Below, in pieces: positions 29,443 to 34,435 of a stretch of 34,435 nucleotides of DNA. Every line of letters begins with the position of its first letter. Position 1 is the stretch's first letter. Under the pieces are notes generated by a model. That model saw only the letters and a program-made list of their open reading frames with translations. It was not told the DNA's origin and ran no database searches. This stretch comes from a virus (Duplodnaviria; Caudoviricetes), in IMG/VR virus record IMGVR_UViG_3300030330_002724, positions 1 through 34,435 of that record, one strand, 5' to 3'. Made by a program: the position numbers and the translations under genes.

Positions 29443-30270
29443 ATGGCAAAACCATCAACTAGGCAAGGACTGATTGATTACTGTTTACGTCAACTTGGTG
29501 CTCCAGTGTTGGAAATCAACGTGGATGATGACCAGATTGATGACTTAGTTGATGATGCTTTACAATATTTCAACGAACGTCATTACGACGGTGTTGAAAA
29601 AATGTATCTTAAGTACAAGATTACTCAAGATGATATAGACAGAGGTAAAGCTACTCCCCCAAGTGGAACTGGTGTAACAGGAACCACAGCAACTGGAGGT
29701 GGATTTAGCAATACCTGGTATGAAAATGCTAATTTTATCAATGTTCCAGACTCTGTAATTGGAGTCGAAAAGATTTTTAAGTTTGATACTAGTTCCATTT
29801 CTGGCGGAATGTTTAGTATTAAATATCAACTGTTTTTGAATGATCTCTACTATTTCAACTCAGTTGAACTTCTTCAATATTCGATGACTAAAACATATCT
29901 TGAAGATATTGATTTCTTATTGACTCCAGATAAGCAAATTAGATTTAATAAGAGACAGGACAGATTATATCTTGATATTGATTGGGGTTCTCAACCAAAA
30001 GATGAATATATTGTTCTTGAATGTTATAGAGCACTTGATCCAGAAACATTTACTCAAGTCTATAATGACAGTTTTATGAAACTATATCTTACTGCTCTAA
30101 TTAAGAGACAGTGGGGAAGAAACCTCAGCAAATTTAGAGGAGTCAAACTTCCAGGTGGTATTGAACTGAATGGTGGAGAGATTCTTCAACAAGCAGAATC
30201 AGAACTCGCAGACATCAGATCAAGAATGATGTCCGAGTTTGAGTTACCACCCCTCGACTTTATTGGATAA
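29443..30270 (+). CDS. gp13: neck protein gp13
   Basis: LIDYCLRQLGAPVLEINV.DDQIDD and ALIKRQWG.NLSKF.GVKLPGG..LNG motifs. Confidence 0.95.
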   Translation: MAKPSTRQGLIDYCLRQLGAPVLEINVDDDQIDDLVDDALQYFNERHYDGVEKMYLKYKITQDDIDRGKATPPSGTGVTGTTATGGGFSNTWYENANFINVPDSVIGVEKIFKFDTSSISGGMFSIKYQLFLNDLYYFNSVELLQYSMTKTYLEDIDFLLTPDKQIRFNKRQDRLYLDIDWGSQPKDEYIVLECYRALDPETFTQVYNDSFMKLYLTALIKRQWGRNLSKFRGVKLPGGIELNGGEILQQAESELADIRSRMMSEFELPPLDFIG

Positions 30271-31730
30271 TGGCACTTAATCCGTTCTTTCTACAAGGGA
30301 CTGCCTCTGAGCAGAGATTAGTCCAAGATCTAGTTAACGAGCACTTACAATTTCATGGTGTTGAAGTAACGTATATACCAAGAAAGTATGTAAATAGAAA
30401 AACTATTATTGAAGAAGTTCAAACCTCACAATTTGATGATAACTTCTCAATTGAAGCATATGTAAATAATTTTGATGGATATTCTGGTGCAGGGGATATT
30501 CTTACAAAGTTTGGCGTAAGCGTAAGAGACGAATTGATGCTTACTATCTCTAAAGAGAGATTTGAGGATTTTATCGCGCCATTCATGGCGGGACAGGATG
30601 ATGGCACTGATTCATCCGAATTACCAACACCAAATAGACCAAGAGAGGGAGATCTAATTTATTTTCCTCTAGGGCAGAGGTTATTTGAAGTTAAGTTTGT
30701 AGAACATGAAGATCCTTTTTATCAGTTAGGTAAAAATTACGTTTTTCAACTCAAGTGTGAACTCTTCGAATATGAAAATGAAGTTATTGATACATCCATA
30801 CAAGAAATTGATACTCAAGTTCAGGATGAAGGATTCATTACAACACTCAATTTAGTTGGTACTGGAAGAACTGCTACCGCTATTGCACAAATTAGTGGAA
30901 CTGTTAATAGTGGTTATATTCAAAAGATTCATTTGAATAATGATGGTTCTGGATATACTTCCGTACCAAACATTGGAATTACTTCATCTCCAACTGGTCA
31001 GATTGGTGATAATGCCGAAGCAGTTGGTTTCCTGACTACTAGAGGTGGTGTTACATCACTTGAGAAAATTCTCATTATAAATGCTGGTGCTGGATACACT
31101 GTAGCGCCAACTATCACAATTACAGGTGGCGGTGGTGCAGGTGCTGCAGCAACAGCAAGTCTCGTCACTAGTGGATTGGGTGTTATGAGAATCAACATCA
31201 GTGATGGTGGTGTTGGATACAGTACCGCACCAACAGTTACAATTCAAGCACCAACTCCAAGTGGTATTTCTACGGTTGCTGTTGGTATTGCATCCATAAG
31301 AAGAGTTGGTAATAACGAATTTACTGTTGGTAATGATGTTGTTAATGCAATTCTACTTGAAGATGCTGGTAGAGGATATAGTTCTCAACCAACAGTCACT
31401 ATTTCAGATCCTCCAGTTATTTCAGCACAAGGAAACTTTATATTTAATGAGATTGTTAGAGGTGAAAGATCTAGGGCTGAAGGTAGGGTCAAAGAATGGG
31501 ATTATGATAATGCTCTTCTCAAAGTATCTAACGTTTCAATTGGTTCAACTGTACCAAGTGGATTTTTCCCAGGAGAAACAGTCGTTGGACAAGATTCTGG
31601 TGCCTCTTGGATGGTTCAGGTTTATACACATGATGATACATATGATAAATATACCGAGAACGATGAGTTTGAATCCTTAGGTGATAACTTATTAGATTTT
31701 ACTGAATCCAATCCATTTGGGACATTTTAA
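30270..31730 (+). CDS. gp14: neck protein gp14 with repeat insertion (486 aa)
   Basis: EQRLVQDL..E, KFG...RDE, RPREGDLIYFP, FEVKFVEHEDPFYQLGK and C-terminal DFTESNPFG; start overlaps the gp13 stop (TAATG). Confidence 0.93.
   Translation: MALNPFFLQGTASEQRLVQDLVNEHLQFHGVEVTYIPRKYVNRKTIIEEVQTSQFDDNFSIEAYVNNFDGYSGAGDILTKFGVSVRDELMLTISKERFEDFIAPFMAGQDDGTDSSELPTPNRPREGDLIYFPLGQRLFEVKFVEHEDPFYQLGKNYVFQLKCELFEYENEVIDTSIQEIDTQVQDEGFITTLNLVGTGRTATAIAQISGTVNSGYIQKIHLNNDGSGYTSVPNIGITSSPTGQIGDNAEAVGFLTTRGGVTSLEKILIINAGAGYTVAPTITITGGGGAGAAATASLVTSGLGVMRINISDGGVGYSTAPTVTIQAPTPSGISTVAVGIASIRRVGNNEFTVGNDVVNAILLEDAGRGYSSQPTVTISDPPVISAQGNFIFNEIVRGERSRAEGRVKEWDYDNALLKVSNVSIGSTVPSGFFPGETVVGQDSGASWMVQVYTHDDTYDKYTENDEFESLGDNLLDFTESNPFGTF
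31644..31651 (+). promoter_or_regulatory. probable late promoter embedded in gp14 3' end (GATAAATA)
   Basis: 7/8 match about 80 bp upstream of the gp15 start. Confidence 0.45.
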
Positions 31731-32575
31731 TGCTAGGAAATTATTTTTATCACGAAATAATTAGAAAGACAATCATCGCATTTGGAACTCTGTTCAATGA
31801 TGTGCATGTTCGTCATACTGATGGGCAGGGTAATGCTGCTAATGATTTAAAAGTTCCTCTTGCATATGGTCCAAGTCAAAAGTTTTTAGCAAGAATTACT
31901 CAACAAGCAGATTTGAACAAAGCGGTTCAAATCACAATGCCCAGAATGTCATTTGAAATGACTTCTATTGATTATGATTCAACTAGAAAATCTAGTTTAG
32001 TTCAAACTTTCAAAACTTGCGATGATGGAAGCAAGGTAAAGAAAGTATTCATGCCTGTTCCATATAATATTGGATTTGAATTAAATATTCTGTCCAAATT
32101 AAACGATGATTCTCTTCAGATTTTAGAACAGATTTTACCATATTTTCAACCTCACTTTAATTTAACTATTGACTTGGTTGAGTCAATTGGAGAGAAAAGA
32201 GATATTCCTATTATTCTTGAATCAATTAGTTTCCAAGATGATTATGAAGGAAACTTTGATACTAGAAGAGCATTAATTCATACTTTACGATTTACTGCAA
32301 AAACATACCTGTTTGGTGCTATTGCTGATAGCAGTGATGGACTCATTCGTAAGGTTCAGGTTGATATGTATAGCAGCACTGATCGTAAGACTGCTAAGCG
32401 TGAAATGCGTTATACAGTTACTCCAACATCAAAAGTTGATAGAAATAATGATGGTGTAATTGATAATACAGATCATCTTCTTCTTCAACCTGGAGATGAC
32501 TTTGGATTTGATGAAGATTGGAAGTTCTTAGGGGACGGCAAATCTTACAGTCCAACTAGACAAACTGATATTTAA
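31730..32575 (+). CDS. gp15: tail sheath stabilizer / tail terminator gp15
   Basis: YFYHEIIRKTIIAFGTLFN, KVPLAYGP.QKFLAR, PRMSFE, PVPYN, QILEQILPYFQP motifs. Confidence 0.95.
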   Translation: MLGNYFYHEIIRKTIIAFGTLFNDVHVRHTDGQGNAANDLKVPLAYGPSQKFLARITQQADLNKAVQITMPRMSFEMTSIDYDSTRKSSLVQTFKTCDDGSKVKKVFMPVPYNIGFELNILSKLNDDSLQILEQILPYFQPHFNLTIDLVESIGEKRDIPIILESISFQDDYEGNFDTRRALIHTLRFTAKTYLFGAIADSSDGLIRKVQVDMYSSTDRKTAKREMRYTVTPTSKVDRNNDGVIDNTDHLLLQPGDDFGFDEDWKFLGDGKSYSPTRQTDI

Positions 32576-32580
32576 TAACC

Positions 32581-33012
32581 ATGAGCGATAATTATGAGTC
32601 CATTGACAACGCACTTGATATTGAAAGTAGCATTGTTGAATCAAAACCAATAAAACCTGTTCCTCCAAAACAGGAAAAGGATGATATAAGTAAGGATTAT
32701 GAATATACCCGTGCAAATTTATACTCTCTTATAGAAAAAGGTCAGGAAGCAATTAATGGAATCATGGAACTTGCTGGAGAAAGTGCAAGTCCTAGAGCAT
32801 ACGAAGTTGCGGGTCAATTAATTAAGTCAGTCGCAGATACTACTGATAAGTTAGCAGATCTCCAGAAGAAAGTAAAAGATTTAGAAGAAGATAATACAAA
32901 GAAAGGTCCCAATAACGTTACAAATAATGCTTTGTTTGTTGGTTCAACAAGTGAGTTATCCAAACTACTCAAACAAGGTTTTCTAAATAATACAGAAGAT
33001 ACTACCAAGTAA
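32581..33012 (+). CDS. gp16: terminase small subunit gp16
   Basis: DYEYTRANLYSLIEKGQEA, SPRAYEVAGQLIK, NNALFVGSTSEL motifs; follows gp15. Confidence 0.95.
   Translation: MSDNYESIDNALDIESSIVESKPIKPVPPKQEKDDISKDYEYTRANLYSLIEKGQEAINGIMELAGESASPRAYEVAGQLIKSVADTTDKLADLQKKVKDLEEDNTKKGPNNVTNNALFVGSTSELSKLLKQGFLNNTEDTTK
32982..32989 (+). promoter_or_regulatory. probable late promoter (TCTAAATA) at gp16 3' end
   Basis: 7/8 match to TATAAATA, 22 bp upstream of ATG 33012. Confidence 0.55.
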
Positions 33013-34435
33013 TGGCGAAAAAGTCCTGTAAAAAGGGATACTACTATTGTTACGCTTCTAAGAAGTGTAAAAAAATCCCTATGGGATATATCGTTGGTAT
33101 GGGTGGTTGGCTCCGCAGAGAAAAAGAAGAAGAGAAATCTTCTGATGAGACTGAAGGCAAGAAAAAGAATGGCAACGGAAATGGTGCAAATGGCAATGGA
33201 AATGGGAATGGGGGGTCTGATGGGGGCTCTAATGGCGGAGGAGTATCGGAGGCGTGGAGCGCAAAGTATAAAAAGTCCATCGATTGCGATAATCCAAAAG
33301 GATTCTCCCAGAGAGCACACTGTCGGGGTAGAAAAATGAACGAAGCCAAAGGTGGTGATCATGAAGTTGCAATGGCGCAAAGCCAACTCAAAAAGTCGGC
33401 AACAAATATTGCAAAGTTAAGAAAGGCACTTGGTAAAAAGGAAAAAGATATTCCTGCCTGGATGCAAGCAAAGATTACTGATACCGCACACGACACTGAC
33501 GCTGCTGCTGGTTACGTAGACAAAATGGATGAAGAATTCATTGCTGAAAAACGCGACGGTAAGTCTGCTAAGTCCAAAGGTTACTCGCTCCGCGACTGGT
33601 TTAAGGGTGGTGGTTGGGTTCAAGCAGGTGGTAAGTACGATGGAAAACCATGTGCTAAACAACCAGGACAAAAAACTAAACCATTTTGCCGTGATGCTGA
33701 TGATCGAGCAAACATGAGCAAGAAAGAAAGAGAAAGAAGAGCAAAAAAGAAACGTAGAGAAGATCCAAATCCCAATAGAAGAGGACCGGCAAAAATGGTA
33801 TCAGCATCTTATTCAAACTGGAGAGCAGACTTAGAGCAACTTGATGAGATTGCTCCCGCTATTGCTGCTGGCGCTGCACTTGGTATTGGTGCTGGTGGGA
33901 TGTATATGATCAATAAATTAAGACAGCAAAAGAAAAAATCTGATCAGGGACAAGGTGATGGTGGTCTAGTTGATAGACTTAATAAGCGTAAACAGATGCT
34001 GCAGCAACTTGGAAACTCATATCAACCAGAAGGTGAAGTTGTAACTGAACGCGATGCTTGGGGTACAGGTCCCATGGATATAATTAAGTGTGCTGACGGT
34101 ATCTGCAGAACTCCTCAGGAAATTGAAAAATTAAGACAGCAGAACTTGAAGAAAAAAGTAATTACTTTAGATAAGGCACATTACGAACCAGAAGGTGAAC
34201 TGGTTGACGAGGAAGGAAGGTCTGTATTCTCTACTCCTGGTTTAGATAGAAAGAAAAAAGTTCAAGATTACTTAAAAAACACTGATAAAGTTTTAAGACC
34301 ACAAAAACCTACAGTTGAATTGGATAAAGCACATTTTGAACCAGAAGGTGATTTGGTTGATGAAGGCAAGAAAGATGCTTGCTATCATAAGGTTAAGTCT
34401 CGCTATTCTGTTTGGCCAAGTGCATATGCATCTGG
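33012..34435 (+). CDS. modular basic/acidic protein, putative processed head polyprotein (partial, >474 codons, runs off window; not in ORF track)
   Basis: ATG overlaps the gp16 stop (TAATG). The frame is open to the window end: MAKKSCKKGYYYCYASKKCKK...GKKDACYHKVKSRYSVWPSAYAS. Confidence 0.85.
   Translation, partial: MAKKSCKKGYYYCYASKKCKKIPMGYIVGMGGWLRREKEEEKSSDETEGKKKNGNGNGANGNGNGNGGSDGGSNGGGVSEAWSAKYKKSIDCDNPKGFSQRAHCRGRKMNEAKGGDHEVAMAQSQLKKSATNIAKLRKALGKKEKDIPAWMQAKITDTAHDTDAAAGYVDKMDEEFIAEKRDGKSAKSKGYSLRDWFKGGGWVQAGGKYDGKPCAKQPGQKTKPFCRDADDRANMSKKERERRAKKKRREDPNPNRRGPAKMVSASYSNWRADLEQLDEIAPAIAAGAALGIGAGGMYMINKLRQQKKKSDQGQGDGGLVDRLNKRKQMLQQLGNSYQPEGEVVTERDAWGTGPMDIIKCADGICRTPQEIEKLRQQNLKKKVITLDKAHYEPEGELVDEEGRSVFSTPGLDRKKKVQDYLKNTDKVLRPQKPTVELDKAHFEPEGDLVDEGKKDACYHKVKSRYSVWPSAYAS
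33168..33242 (+). repeat. Asn-Gly low-complexity coding repeat
   Basis: Encodes NGNGNGANGNGNGNGGSDGGSNGGG (AATGGN-like hexamer units). Confidence 0.8.
34020..34364 (+). repeat. three dispersed coding repeats encoding (Y/F)(E/Q)PEG(E/D)(L/V)V(D/T)E
   Basis: Copies at 34020-34049, 34167-34211 and 34320-34364. The last two 45-bp copies match at 37/45 nt; all three share AACCAGAAGGTGA. Confidence 0.85.

Noticed and set aside
3773-31680. Dozens of 60-150 aa ORFs nested in or antisense to the structural genes
   Set aside because: Expected by-products of biased codon usage in long T/G/V/N-rich genes; none has a recognisable motif or independent expression signals.
32814-33386. 190-aa minus-strand ORF, plus 33050..33349 (-), 33094..33339 (+), 33417..33671 (-) and 33529..33717 (+)
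   Set aside because: Alternative frames of gp16 and of the real long ORF starting at 33012, which the track missed, presumably because it has no stop inside the window.
34020-34364. CRISPR-like array interpretation of the repeats
   Set aside because: Repeats are degenerate mainly at synonymous or conservative positions, are in frame, and have spacers over 100 bp; they are protein-level repeats.
1-34435. tRNA/rRNA genes and intrinsic terminators
   Set aside because: Intergenic gaps are nearly all under 75 bp, with no cloverleaf or GC-stem plus U-tract seen.

Overview
A 34.4-kb AT-rich segment of a T4-like (Kyanoviridae-type) cyanomyophage genome, with every supportable gene on the + strand. 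It opens with a short non-coding stretch and an AbrB-like gene. A textbook sigma70 (early) promoter then precedes a GT-A glycosyltransferase-like gene and several small ORFs. The late structural module follows: gp25, gp6, a giant 4394-aa gp7-like wedge protein, gp8, a 2476-aa VrlC/DUF4815-like virion protein, small ORFs, a fibre, gp13, gp14, gp15 and the small terminase gp16, punctuated by TATAAATA-type late promoters. Five ORFs missing from the supplied track were read by hand. The most interesting observations are: (1) a >474-codon ORF after gp16 built from short basic/Cys-containing modules separated by repeated acidic linkers ending in (L/V/I/M)-x-E, consistent with a prohead-protease-processed polyprotein; (2) a compact pseudoknot/anti-SD hairpin switch-like RNA at 2145-2190; (3) a complete amicyanin-type copper-site cupredoxin module inside gp7; (4) a 59-aa NblA-like helical-hairpin ORF. 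All family assignments come from motif recognition and synteny only; no database searches were run.
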